Shown: positions 37,516 to 50,519, counted from the stretch's first letter. The stretch: 64,000 nucleotides of DNA from Octopus bimaculoides (GCF_001194135.2 NC_068987.1:16662136-16726135), one strand, 5' to 3'. Translations and numbers: made by a program. The notes: generated by a model not told the origin, from the sequence alone.

Positions 37516-38041
37516 CTAAATTCTGTCACGTGTTCAAAGTTTCCTCGACAACGTTAACGGCTAATCCCCGGTAAAAAATCCTTGATTATGATAACAAGTC
37601 TTCTAGAGACTTGATATAATGGCTCAAGAGAATGGCTTAATAATGTAGAAGCTAGTTAAATATATTTGAGATTGTATGAAGGTTGAAAGCTATGGGTACA
37701 ATACATAGGCGTTTCACCACAATCTCTGATAGAGTATGAGTGGCGGGCAGAGATTTAGTGAAAAAAATGGAGTTTATGTACTGAAATGATTTGATCTCCG
37801 ATTTGTTAATAGTACTGGTGCTGGAGGTTGTGTAGCGGCGGTTAGCTTCGTCAACAGCAGCAGAAACAACGGCAACAGCAGCAGCAACGGTATTAGCAAC
37901 AGCAGCAACGTCGAAAGTGTAATGTACGTTAGCTGACCACCAGAATGCGTACTGAGGTAGAATTATCCACAAGAGGACCTCACTGAGGAGTAAAGGAATT
38001 ACTTAGTCCGGGTACACAGATTCCAGGTATATGTACCAGAT
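37516..38041 (-). other. Putative non-coding (UTR or lncRNA) exon
   Basis: Minus-strand acceptor CTCTTTTCTCTTCTTTTTTTTTCTCTTTACAG|A at 38041 and consensus donor AG|GTAAGT at 37516. Stops occur in all three frames. Confidence 0.4.
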
Positions 38042-39706
38042 CTGTAAAGAGAAAAAAAAAAGAAGAGAAAAGAGTGGTGATTAATATTAAAGAAACGTGG
38101 CGGTTTAATAAGCTAATCATCTGGTAAAAAATATGACCTAACGAGTTCATGAATTAGATTAATAAAAACAAAAAGCTATTCATTGAAAGGGGCAAAAGAA
38201 TTAAAAACAAAAAATCGAATAAAAGAGTATTAGACAAGTTAAAATATTGTTTCTAATTCTTCAATTCTAATTTTGGCACAAAGTTAGCGATTTGGAAGGA
38301 GGGCGAAATTGAATGCATCGAGGATTGCTTTGCATTTTAAATTGATGTAATGATTACATTGTTCAATTAAGTGGAGTTGCAGGAAACGATCGTACTGCAT
38401 TACCTCTGGATATCCTTNNNNNNNNNNNNNNNNNNNNNNNNNNNNNNNNNNNNNNNNNNNNNNNNNNNNNNNNNNNNNNNNNNNNNNNNNNNNNNNNNNN
38501 NNNNNNNNNNNNNNNNNNNNNNNNNNNNNNNNNNNNNNNNNNNNNNNNNNNNNNNNNNNNNNNNNNNNNNNNNNNNNNNNATATATATACATATAAACAT
38601 GTATATAAATATATACAATTTAAGCAAAAGCGAGGTAAGACAAGTTCCTTTTTGCTTAAATTATGCAAACTATTTAGGCCATAGATATGTTCTGCTCTTT
38701 GTTGTGTAAGTCTAAGTCTCTTGGAGATAAAGTTCGGGCAATTGTCATGACGATGACTGCTATCCAGCTATCACCTTATTTCTAGTCAATAAAACCGTCC
38801 TTTTCTTTAATGGGATGTCAGGTGATCATATTTGCCATTTGGCATTTATGATACATACTCTAGAAGAAGATATAATTTTAGTACATCAAGAATTCTTTAT
38901 AGTGTTTGTTATACCAATATTTGTCTCTTCATACATACATATAGACATACACACACACACATACATACAGACATACACACACACACATACATAGATACAT
39001 ACATACATACATACATGGATACATACATGCATACATACATACATACATATGTAACATACTGCCTAAATTGAGAAATTAGGCTTCTAAAAACCAAAAAGGA
39101 GAAAGCTGATTCGAAGACTACAGATCCATCATTACAACTGTAAAAATCCGTAAAACCTTCTAGAAGTTTATTATTTAGGTATATATGAGCATGTCTAGAC
39201 GTTCAAGTATATGCATAAGAATACATACATAAAAGAAAACATACAAATCTTCACATATACCTGCATACATACAGAAATACCCTCTTGATGTTGTTAGAAT
39301 TTCAATGAAGAAGCCATGGATCTATGTTAGAAACCGGCTGCTTATTGGTAAGAATTTTGAAATAAAAATGAATAATGGCATACATATATTTACACACGCG
39401 CGCATGCATATATATGCATGGCTGGATTATAGATTAAAAAGATATACATTTGAAAGGAGTATGTGATATGTTTCACAGATTACATATAAGATATAACTAA
39501 ATTCTTGACCAATGCTCTTTAACCTTTCCTTTTTCTGTATTTGCACTCTTTAATAGCTCACCATCACGAAATCCGCCCACATATGATGAGAAAAAAAAGT
39601 AGTCTTGTATACAGTACAATCCGTTACATAACGTTAACAGCTTTAACATTAAAATGATCTACAAGATGAAGATGGAAAGCGAGCAAAATAGCAGCAGCAG
39701 CGGCAC

Positions 39707-39745
<39 letters not shown>

Positions 39746-40516
39746 CAACTACAGCAATAATAACAACAATCGCCTTGTGTGAATAATGGTAAAGAATTTT
39801 TGAACTGAGATAATGTTTGCTCATAGGAATATCCAAATTTCGTACAGAAATCGTCACACACTCCTGTGGTTCATAGATTTCCCAAGAACTTCTGATGTTG
39901 ATTAAGCTTACTCCTATATATATATATATNNNNNNNNNNNNNNNNNNNNNNNNNNNNNNNNNNNNNNNNNNNNNNNNNNNNNNNNNNNNNNNNNNNNNNN
40001 NNNNNNNNNNNNNNNNNNNNNNNNNNNNNNNNNNNNNNNNNNNNNNNNNNNNNNNNNNNNNNNNNNNNNNNNNNNNNNNNNNNNNNNNNNNNNNNNNNNN
40101 NNNNNNNNNNNNNNNNNNNNNNNNNNNNNNNNNNNNNNNNNNNNNNNNNNNNNNNNNNNNNNNNNNNNNNNNNNNNNNNNNNNNNNNNNNNNNNNNNNNN
40201 NNNNNNNNNNNNNNNNNNNNNNNNNNNNNNNNNNNNNNNNNNNNNNNNNNNNNNNNNNNNNNNNNNNNNNNNNNNNNNNNNNNNNNNNNNNNNNNNNNNN
40301 NNNNNNNNNNNNNNNNNNNNNNNNNNNNNNNNNNNNNNNNNNNNNNNNNNNNNNNNNNNNNNNNNNNNNNNNNNNNNNNNNNNNNNNNNNNNNNNNNNNN
40401 NNNNNNNNNNNNNNNNNNNNNNNNNNNNNNNNNNNNNNNNNNNNNNNNNNNNNNNNNNNNNNNNNNNNNNNNNNNNNNNNNNNNNNNNNNNNNNNNNNNN
40501 NNNNNNNNNNNNNNNN

Positions 40517-40559
<43 letters not shown>

Positions 40560-41338
40560 CAGATTTCTACATGCTAGAAAACAGTTGGAGATGATAGTAA
40601 AAAGTTATAACTCATTTTCAATTTCGGAACTAAAGTACGAAGTTCGTTCGTAATCCTTTTCCAATTATAAGCAATCTTCGGTTGTTGGTCAAAGATAAGG
40701 CATCACTCCACTTTATAATAATTCGACGACACAGCATGATATTAGTTTTAACGTTACTTAGCAAATCCTCACCCGTTTCAATGTACTTTGTCGGTGAAAA
40801 ACTTTTAAACGGTAGACATATAAAAGAATAAACGGTGTTAAATTATTCCAATCAAAAACTAGAAGTAAATTATGGTCTCAACCCAACAAAAGCAACATTT
40901 ACCTTTAATTTATTGCACTAGCTTCCAATCGATAATGTCGACAAAAATTACTTTCTGCTGTGAAATATATTACTTATATGATAGTCTCAGGTTAATTTGT
41001 GTCTGGCCCCGAATTAATAATGTCAAGGTACTTCTGAATAGTAATGTTATATAGATGAATGACAAGGGTGTTCATTTAAATATATTACGTTACCATAGAT
41101 ATTATTAATCTCATGTCTTCTTCCTTTTTTGCTCAATTAACTTCCAGAATATTCTCTTTCTTAAATGAAGTGTCCAATATTAAAGAAGCTCTTCTTTTAT
41201 GAATTTCATTTTCGTCTTTGTAAAGCAATGTCAGAACAGTTAATTGGAATCTTAATTGAAGGAATATTTATGTTTTAAAACTATTTGCTACTTGGATAAG
41301 TTCCACCACTTTAACAACTTTTGTGATCTAGAGTAAAG

Positions 41339-41750
41339 CCTCTTATAATACATCGTTACCATAGAAGAGCCTTGGTTAGAGGGACTGGAAAAAAGAGGAT
41401 AACATTGGGATTAGATATAGATTTGCCGAGAGTGGTATAAAGACAGAATTCTAAGGCTAAATCAAGTTCCCTAGCCAGTGTGATCAAGAGAAAAACCTCT
41501 TAAAATACATTCTTATTACAGAAGAGCCTGGTTCAGTGGGACTGCAAAAATATACGATAACATCGGGATAAGGCGTAGATTTTCGGAGAGTGGTATAAAA
41601 ACAGAATCTGAAGGCTAAATCAAGTCCCCTAGTTATTAAATAAGAGCCTAAATTAGTGGAACTGAAAAAGTACGATAATGTTAGGATTAGATGTAAATTT
41701 GCGGAGAATCGTATAAAATCAGAATCTGAAGGCTAAATTAAGTTCCCTAG
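41339..41750 (+). repeat. Diverged tandem triplication, ~111-bp core, ~158-bp full unit
   Basis: Cores at 41364-41474, 41521-41632 and 41641-41750, each (G/T)AAGAGCCT..G(G/A)ACTG..GATAA..GTATAAA..AGAAT..AAGGCTAAAT(C/T)AAGT(T/C)CCCTAG. Confidence 0.9.
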
Positions 41751-43324
41751 TTAGTATCAACCCCTTTTAAAATAAATATAATTGTGAGTTAGAACTATAC
41801 CACCAGGTAACTAGGTGCCATCTCCGACCAATAATCAAGGAATATTTAATGTAATAGATGTGCGGGTATTCTGAAAATACCCCATGGAGTGATGATGACC
41901 GTGCCCTGTATAGTTACCGGTTGCCCTTTGGCAAGGTATAGCACCCGTTTAAACACCCTGTCTGAGATTCGGCAAATACATGGGACTGCAGCATGGTGGA
42001 TTGAGAAGAGGTAGCGGAAGAGCTCCACTAAAACAACGGTGCTTCTTACTTTGATGCTGAGCGGAGGAATCCTAAAGGATTAACGGTCAGGATGAAGAAA
42101 CTCCATCAAGAGAGTAACTGCAACGCATCCATAGGGCCGGCGTCTACGGTTGTGTAATTAGCTAATGAAAAGATTCACTGACTCAAGTTCTCAATTCGAA
42201 TTCATAATAATGAAATTGGATGGCGACAGAGAATCATGGGAATCTGCGAAAGCAGCGTGACCGAAGAAGTTTAATATCAAATATGGCGACAAATGTCTCT
42301 GTAATTTTGATTCCCCATCCAGAATATGGTAGAATTTCTCCGATCATTAACACATATTCTGTATCATTCAAATGGTGTAAATATTCTTTTTCCAACTGTC
42401 TTCCAACAGCTAGGATAAGTTTGCCCAAAGAAAAGCCGCAAACATACAATCGCAAAGTCCCATTCATTTCTTATATAATTTAGTAGAGCTGTCTGTTTAT
42501 GAAATTAATCCGTATTGCAGTACATTCGCCTAAGCTAAATTCCACAACCCAATAATGATTATCTATGAAAGAAAGAAAGGAAAAATACTGGACTTCATTC
42601 ATTGCTTTATGCATCTTCTTTCGTAATCATCGAGGTGTGTGTCAGAAGCAATTATTACGTTATATAACAGAAGTGTATTAGAATACTAAAAATTTAACTT
42701 GTTTCCTATCAAACACGAACTTTTCCAGACACTTCTTCAAAGTGCGCCAACAAAAGAGTTTCTAAGCGGTTGATTATCCTGCTAGAAATAGTGACCAAGT
42801 TTCCTTTAAACCAAATTGCATCGTGTTAAAAAAGAAAAATAAAAGAAGCTGCAACACTCTGAATGATATAGCTATAGTTATACAATGTTTGGTAAAGAAA
42901 ATAAACAGCCAAGAGAGTCGCTTTTGATCATAAACCTAATCTGAGTTACATGACAACAATAAATATTCTATCAAAAAAAAAAAGTGCTTATGAAGTCGTT
43001 TCAACTGCGCAAATAACAGTTAAATCACTTTTACAAAAGACGCAGCACATTTCAATATAAAAAAAATGCAAAATAAAACATTCACGGCAAAACACCGCTG
43101 ATCTTATGATTGGGCTGTGCTGAACAAAAGCAGCAACAAGAACAACAGGAATAATCTTCTATCAAAGTAAAATTGCGACGGTTACTAACACCCTATCCAA
43201 ATCTGAGAGTAAGTTACAAAATTGAACGATAGTAAATACAGTAGTAAACAGATCTCCATCAGTTTCCATGAAGCGTGCTCGGTTGATCGGTCACGCTAAT
43301 TCAGTGACCAGGAATATGCTTACC

Positions 43325-43530
43325 TTTATTCCAGGCGGAATCTTTGTGAATCGGTGTGTGGCAAGGCCAACCCTTTGAATCTCTCGTAATATATATATAT
43401 ATATATGCATAAATATCTGACAAGCTCCTGCATAGTTTCTCGCAAGTCAGTTTCATTCACAAGGGCAGAATCGATCTGTAGTATTAGTAAGACATCGCAG
43501 ATGCTACGAAGTGATATCTTACTTATGACC
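43325..43530 (-). mobile_element. Degenerate SINE remnants (family B tail 43325-43385, family A body 43400-43530)
   Basis: TTCAAAGGGTTGGCCTTGCCACAC on the minus strand; ATTCACAAGGGC..AGTAAGACA on the plus strand. Confidence 0.45.
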
Positions 43531-44868
43531 TCATAAGTAAGAACCGAGCTTCTTACTGTTTGGTCAAGCAATTTCCACAGATGGATGGTAGTGGTACAAT
43601 ATCAAGGTGAGTATCTTTTAGAACTCAGTGTTCTCTAAACAACAGAAGCGTCTTTGTGTGTGTATGTCATGAGAAACAGAGAAAGAGAGGGAGAAAGAGA
43701 GAGAAAGGGAGAGAAAGAGAAGGAGAGAGAGAAAGTGACTTGCGAGGGATTGAACTCAGCACACATATCTAACGAAACTTTTGGCATTTTATATTATTGC
43801 TGCGTGTCAACGAAGGAGCTTGTACGTAGTCAAACGACCCGCCGAAAATAGTAATATATCGCAGAACTCAAACTGAAGCATTTTAAAATAGGAAAAACAA
43901 ACGAGATAATATTGTCCTGGAAGCCTTAATGAAAAATATAAAAATATAAACAGCTGGATGCTCACGGCCGGAACGGCTTTTATCATAGTTTGGTTGGATC
44001 TTGAAATTTCCCTGAATTGCTGTCTTTGGTTAAGCTAACTCTTTTCTTATACATAGCAAGAATGAATCCTCTCCTGAATCATATGTTATATGCGAATGTA
44101 AGCCATGAACCTCCTTGTGATCTTTTGATCTGAGAGTAATAGCACCCAAATCTCACTCAAATAACACCCTAACTTATTTTTATTTTACTTTTCAATAACA
44201 AAAAGCGATTATAAAATGACAACCCGAATGCTCAAACTTCAGAATGGTTATAACTAGAATACCTTAGATAAGCTAACCTAATGGTTAAACAATAGCAACA
44301 ACACAAAGAATAACGGCAACTACGTTGTGTTGCTTTTATCATTGCTGAAAATACGTTAAATGATAAAGTCGTCTGTTAATAATATATAGCAAGGCTGGCT
44401 GCACCATTTAATAGTTCATTGTCTTAGCTATCAACAGTATACAGCTACTACGAAGTGGGAATCCTTCAATCGGCCGTTCGAAGACGCTATCTTTTCAGCC
44501 ATCTGTGTATCTTATTGACCTAACTCTGAAAGTTAAATTGAAAAGCCTTTATCATACGAAAGCAGTTAGGTGACTTTCTCAATGGAATGTTGAGTGACCG
44601 GAATTAACAACTTAAAGTAACTGTTTCCTTCCAATACCGCATTTTGGATTCGTGGCCTAAAATGATGTTTCATATCACATATTTCAGCCTTCATATGTTC
44701 ATATCATTTTTGAGAAAAAAAAAATTGAGTTAATGAATGCATGGTATGCCCGCATGCAAACATACATATATACATAGATACATATAGTCATCGGGCACAC
44801 ATATAGTGATCTTAGGCTGGTAAGTCCAAAGGGAACATCGCTCTTACGGGTAAAATTATTATTGCTTC

Positions 44869-44900
<32 letters not shown>

Positions 44901-44910
<10 letters not shown>

Positions 44911-45111
44911 TAAAAGAGTTCCAACTCTGTCTGTTTTTGTTTTATTTATATTCTTATAAAATTAATGTGGGATATAGAATATGGAATATATAATATAAAT
45001 AGTAAAATGAAATGAAGCATTGAATATATGAAATATTGAGTACTAAATATAGAGAATTAAATATATAAAGGCTAGAATACTTTCATGCCTATTGGCATTC
45101 ATCAAGGCCCC
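44901..45111 (-). mobile_element. Family E copy 2 with a hammerhead fold at its 5' end
   Basis: Reverse-complement match to 17035-17260, preceded on the minus strand by a hammerhead-like motif. Confidence 0.75.
45068..45111 (-). ncRNA. Type I hammerhead-like motif (CUUGAUGA variant)
   Basis: Minus: GGGGC-CTTGATGA-ATGCC(AATA)GGCAT-GAAA-G(TATT)CT-A-GCCTT. Stem I 5 bp with 2 G-U pairs, perfect 5-bp stem II, 2-bp stem III, CUA triplet, one extra U in the core. Confidence 0.55.
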
Positions 45112-45971
45112 GTCTATATATATATATANNNNNNNNNNNNNNNAAAAACATTCAGCTCTTGGCATCTGGAATTCAGGGTTCAAAAGATATGTGCTAATGT
45201 GTCAGACCTAATCCGTTGCGTAGCCGAACACCACTAACAAGCATCTGGGTCCCTGCAGCAGAGTCCATTCGGCAGCAAGTTATGCAACCAGACCCTCACC
45301 CTAGGTATAACTTTCCCTCTCACTTCCTTTCTCTCTCTTCTTTCTTCTTTTCCTTCCTCTTTATCCTTTTTCTTCCTCTCTCTACTCCCCCTTTTTTCAC
45401 CTCTCTCTCCTCAACAGTCTCAGAGGCATGGAAAAGTGTCATAGCTATTGTTTTCTTCACTGACTAAGTCAGTCTCTCTTTATCTCTCGCTTTCTCTGCC
45501 TGTCTCTCTCTCTCTCCATCCCTCTCTCTGTCTCTCTCGCTCACACACACACAAATGCAATTATTACGATGACAATAGGCATTCAATTTTAATGTTGAAA
45601 TTAAAATATAAATCAAAATAGGCAAGGAAAATAATTAAATCCTTTGTCAGCATGAGCGCAAATCGTATCGACGATTTTCGCATTTTCATTGTGAGAGACC
45701 ATGAAAAATCAAATTTGAGATAAAACTGAATATTGATAACGTATCAATATCTAAAAGACATCGCGGTATAGAGCCGCAGATGTGATATATGTTATTAATC
45801 GAACACAAATCAACCACAGGTGAAATTCAGCTATTATTGTCGTTGTATCGATCACCAGAATGAAGCAAGTAATCCTTGTTTATTTGAAAGGAAATTTTAC
45901 GAAATTATTGTAAGGATATAAATATACATTAAACTATAGAAAACGAAAATATCTGAAAAGAAACAACTAAG

Positions 45972-45982
45972 AGAGAGAGAGA

Positions 45983-46076
<94 letters not shown>

Positions 46077-46103
46077 GAAAGAGAGGGAGAGAGAGAGAGA
46101 GAG
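45972..46103 (+). repeat. (GA)n microsatellite
   Basis: Direct reading. Confidence 0.95.
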
Positions 46104-46555
46104 AAAATATATATTTCTACTGTTGTGAATATAAATGGAACTGATATTACAGTAAGCATTCGCAATAAATTTGAAATCTGAGAAAAATTTTATTACGAAA
46201 GTCTGTATGTATGTGCGTGTGTTCGCACGATTTTCTTTTTTATGTATGTATTTATGTATGTATGTATGTATGTATGTATGTATGTATGTATGTATGTATG
46301 TATGTATGCATGTATGTATTATGTATTTCGGAAATGTACATGTCTGGCAGGTGAATAGAAAGAAGTCAGAGCGTGTTGAAACGAAACCAATTGCAGTATG
46401 GAAGACATATTTGAGCCATTCAAGAACATATAAAAACTGTTAATTTCGGTCAATCATTTATTTTCAGTCAAAATTTTCATTGCGCTGTCTGCGACCTGTC
46501 CACTGACACTGTTCCATTGTATGTATGTATGTATGTATGTATGTATTATGTATAG

Positions 46556-46745
46556 TCTCTCTTTTACTTGTTTCCGTCATTTGACTGAGGCCATACTGGA
46601 GCACCGCCTTCTAGTCGAACAAATCGTCCCCAGGACTAATTCTTTGTAAGCCTAGTACTTATTCTATCGGTCTATTTTGCCAAAACGCTAAGTTACAGGA
46701 ACTTAAACACACCAACATCGATTGTCAAGCGATGGTGGTGAACAA

Positions 46746-46809
<64 letters not shown>

Positions 46810-46889
46810 GACAGGCTTCTTTCAGTTTCCGTCTACCAAATCCACTTACAAGGATTTTGTCAGCCCGAGGCTATAGTAGAAGACACTGC
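46556..46889 (-). mobile_element. SINE family A (head in gap), (CA)n core
   Basis: CTCTTTTACTTGTTTCCGTCATTTGACTG tail through GGCTATAGTAGAAGACAC. Confidence 0.92.
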
Positions 46890-47802
46890 NNNNNNNNNNN
46901 NNNNNNNNNNNNNNNNNNNNNNNNNNNNNNNNNNNNNNNNNNNNNNNNNNNNNNNNNNNNNNNNNNNNNNNNNNNNNNNNNNNNNNNNNNNNNNNNNNNN
47001 NNNNNNNNNNNNNNNNNNNNNNNNNNNNNNNNNNNNNNNNNNNNNNNNNNNNNNNNNNNNNNNNNNNNNNNNNNNNNNNNNNNNNNNNNNNNNNNNNNNN
47101 NNNNNNNNNNNNNNNNNNNNNNNNNNNNNNNNNNNNNNNNNNNNNNNNNNNNNNNNNNNNNNNNNNNNNNNNNNNNNNNNNNNNNNNNNNNNNNNNNNNN
47201 NNNNNNNNNNNNNNNNNNNNNNNNNNNNNNNNNNNNNNNNNNNNNNNNNNNNNNNNNNNNNNNNNNNNNNNNNNNNNNNNNNNNNNNNNNNNNNNNNNNN
47301 NNNNNNNNNNNNNNNNNNNNNNNNNNNNNNNNNNNNNNNNNNNNNNNNNNNNNNNNNNNNNNNNNNNNNNNNNNNNNNNNNNNNNNNNNNNNNNNNNNNN
47401 NNNNNNNNNNNNNNNNNNNNNNNNNNNNNNNNNNNNNNNNNNNNNNNNNNNNNNNNNNNNNNNNNNNNNNNNNNNNNNNNNNNNNNNNNNNNNNNNNNNN
47501 NNNNNNNNNNNNNNNNNNNNNNNNNNNNNNNNNNNNNNNNNNNNNNNNNNNNNNNNNNNNNNNNNNNNNNNNNNNNNNNNNNNNNNNNNNNNNNNNNNNN
47601 NNNNNNNNNNNNNNNNNNNNNNNNNNNNNNNNNNNNNNNNNNNNNNNNNNNNNNNNNNNNNNNNNNNNNNNNNNNNNNNNNNNNNNNNNNNNNNNNNNNN
47701 NNNNNNNNNNNNNNNNNNNNNNNNNNNNNNNNNNNNNNNNNNNNNNNNNNNNNNNNNNNNNNNNNNNAAGTAGAAAGCATTTTTAATTAAAAAGAAAACC
47801 AC

Positions 47803-47834
<32 letters not shown>

Positions 47835-48055
47835 CAAGAGTAACACCAGCAACAATAACAAAAATATCACTAGCGATCAAGAAGAAACAACAGAAGCACC
47901 AACAACAAGTCACGAAGAGAAACACTTTGAGAGGAAGTACTTAAATCTGTGTGTGGGGTAAGAAAAATAGACGTGAAGCCTAACAGGAACTAGCGAAGTT
48001 ATTTATAGAATAACCTCCATTCATATCGCAAAAATATATGTATGTGTGTTTGTGA

Positions 48056-48086
<31 letters not shown>

Positions 48087-48111
48087 TGTGTGTGTATCTG
48101 TGTGTGTGCGT

Positions 48112-48222
<111 letters not shown>

Positions 48223-48505
48223 CTATATCGTCACTAGTTGTGAATGAGGGTGTCGAAAAACCTATATTACAAGAAATAAGAATTACAAAATTTAATGCTG
48301 AAATATATATACACTGACAGGGGAGATAACCGTCCCGTATTGCGCCTAGCTTATGCTACTGTCGTCAGCATTACAGTAAATTCTTTCCATTTTTCTGAAC
48401 GTTAAACTAATCATTTTGATCCTGAACAAATACCCATTATCCATAGCGTATTGTTGATTGCTTTTGTTCTTTCGCTCTTTCTCATCTCTCTCTCTCCTTC
48501 CCTCC

Positions 48506-48565
<60 letters not shown>

Positions 48566-48642
48566 TTTTTCAATTCATCATTTATGTAAAAACCCATTAT
48601 TGCTTGCATACCCACACAGTCACACTCATATATATGCATGGG

Positions 48643-48685
<43 letters not shown>

Positions 48686-48688
<3 letters not shown>

Positions 48689-49105
48689 AAACATAATTAA
48701 GGGATCAGAAAATAGTTGCTTCACCACATACCGAAGTTCAGAAATAACAGCTAAAAAACTGAGACTCCAACAGATAGCATTACTTGTAACTCACAAAGGC
48801 AAAACAAGAAGAAAAACAATGAAAACTAACTAGTCGAAGTTAATCATAAACGCGTTTCTGGATTAGGAGCGATAACACTCCATTTCCTTCATCGGTACGA
48901 TATTCTAGTTGTAAATTCGACGGTGCTAGCAAACTGTGCATGCATGATTAACTTCGACTGGATAGTTTTCATTGTTTTTCTTCTTGTTTTGCCTTTGTGA
49001 GTTACAAGTAATGCTATCTGTTGGAGTCTCAGCTTTTTAGCTGCTATTTCTGAACTTCGGTATGTGGTGAAGCAACTATTTGCTGATCCCTTAATTATGT
49101 TTATA
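48686..49105. mobile_element. 162-bp inverted repeat (arms 48686-48847 and 48944-49105) with a 96-bp spacer; probable PLE-derived structure
   Basis: The arms are reverse complements with 5 mismatches counted by eye (~97%). The spacer holds a hammerhead fold on the minus strand. Confidence 0.9.
48843..48901 (-). ncRNA. Degenerate minimal type I hammerhead (U4C)
   Basis: Minus: ATCGTA-CCGATGA-A-GGA-AAT-GGAG(TGTTATCG)CTCC-TAA-TCC-A-GAAA-CGCGT-T-TATGAT. 6-bp stem I, palindromic ACGCGT helix III, GUU triplet. Confidence 0.6.
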
Positions 49106-50242
49106 AATGTATAAGAACTTTTAAATAAGTTCTCCACCGATCATGGTGTTTACATACCGAAGGGCTTGGTAAAATTATTAATTGTTAATTTATTAATAAA
49201 TTGATAAACCTTTACTCTTTTAATTGTATATATCTATATATGTATGTATGTATGTATGTATAAATATATAATTTAGAGAAAAGAACCAAAGTTTATATAC
49301 ATATATATGCATGCACACTAGTACATTCACACATACGCACACACAAGTACACGCACACAGGCACACACAGAGACACATACACCTACGCACGCGCGGGTGT
49401 GTGTTTCTGGTTGTTCGCATGCAAGAGCGCGTATGTATGTGCCTTTGCACTAACAATGAAATATATATTTATTCAGATGTGATTCTCCCGTCAAATTAAG
49501 TAGTTATATTTTCTTCATAATTGTAGTAATTAAAATTTCCTTAATTGCTCCGAAATCTATTTTCGTCATTCCATACCACACGCCACTTAACTGTTTAATG
49601 TGTATTTCGTTTTAAAGGAAATAATTCTAAGAATGGTACGGAAGTTGGGTAAATTGTTGTTTATGAATGATTAAAAGGAAAAAGATTACAAGCAACAACA
49701 TACAGTTCTTCAAATTTAGTCATTGAATATAGCGAAAGACCGGGCTATATTATGTTACTGTAATCTGTATATATGTATATATGTAGTTGAGTATGTATGC
49801 GTGTAGACAAAGAAAATTCTTTAACACATCTTTAATTATAAGTTACAATTGTTTCTGTACAACCTCTATTTGCAACGCCAGTTTACTCAAAATTCAAAAA
49901 AGATTCGCGTAATGTTTGTGATTTTAAGCACTAGAGAGGCACTTCCTCAGATTGGCTTCAAAGGTGTATTATCACATTGTGCGTCCTTTTGGCCCCTTGT
50001 TGATGTAGCAACTACATGTATCAAACAAATATGAGCTGAGGGAAATGACAGTGATATGTGAAATGAATTTGGATAAGAAACATTTGGACAATAAAGGTAT
50101 ATAAAATACCATACAAAATAAATTCTTGATTTACTGAAATTATTAATTTATATTTGCAGCCGATTCCAAATGAGGAGAGGATGAAACGTATACATACATA
50201 CATGCACACATGCATGCATACACACATACATACATACATACA

Positions 50243-50276
<34 letters not shown>

Positions 50277-50519
50277 CATACATACATACATACATACATG
50301 CACGTATACATATATGTGTATGAATTGTTGAACTCAGGCAATTTGATTTTTGGAGTAATAGCGCTGGATTGCTTCGAGCACCGCTGTTTGTTAGCTATGT
50401 GGCTGCTATGTATAGAGAACAGTAGCCCAGACGTCAGAGAACAAACGTTTTCCAGAAGGTTCTTTTCATTTCTGTCTGAAATAGGTTGGGTATTCTCAGA
50501 TTCGAACCCATTAGTTGCA

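Noticed and set aside
41860-42480. GC-richer stretch with ATGGCGAC motifs suggesting a TE or promoter
   Set aside because: No TIR, protein motif or second copy that I could establish.
43316-43385. Strong minus-strand donor AG|GTAAGC
   Set aside because: Falls in a decayed SINE B tail; no paired acceptor or frame.
45216-45467. Possible two-exon plus-strand unit around a 110-nt pyrimidine tract
   Set aside because: Weak donor, spliced peptide short and unrecognisable; the tract looks like a decayed (CT)n.
48600-49137. Two near-identical short ORFs on opposite strands
   Set aside because: They are translations of the two arms of the inverted repeat.
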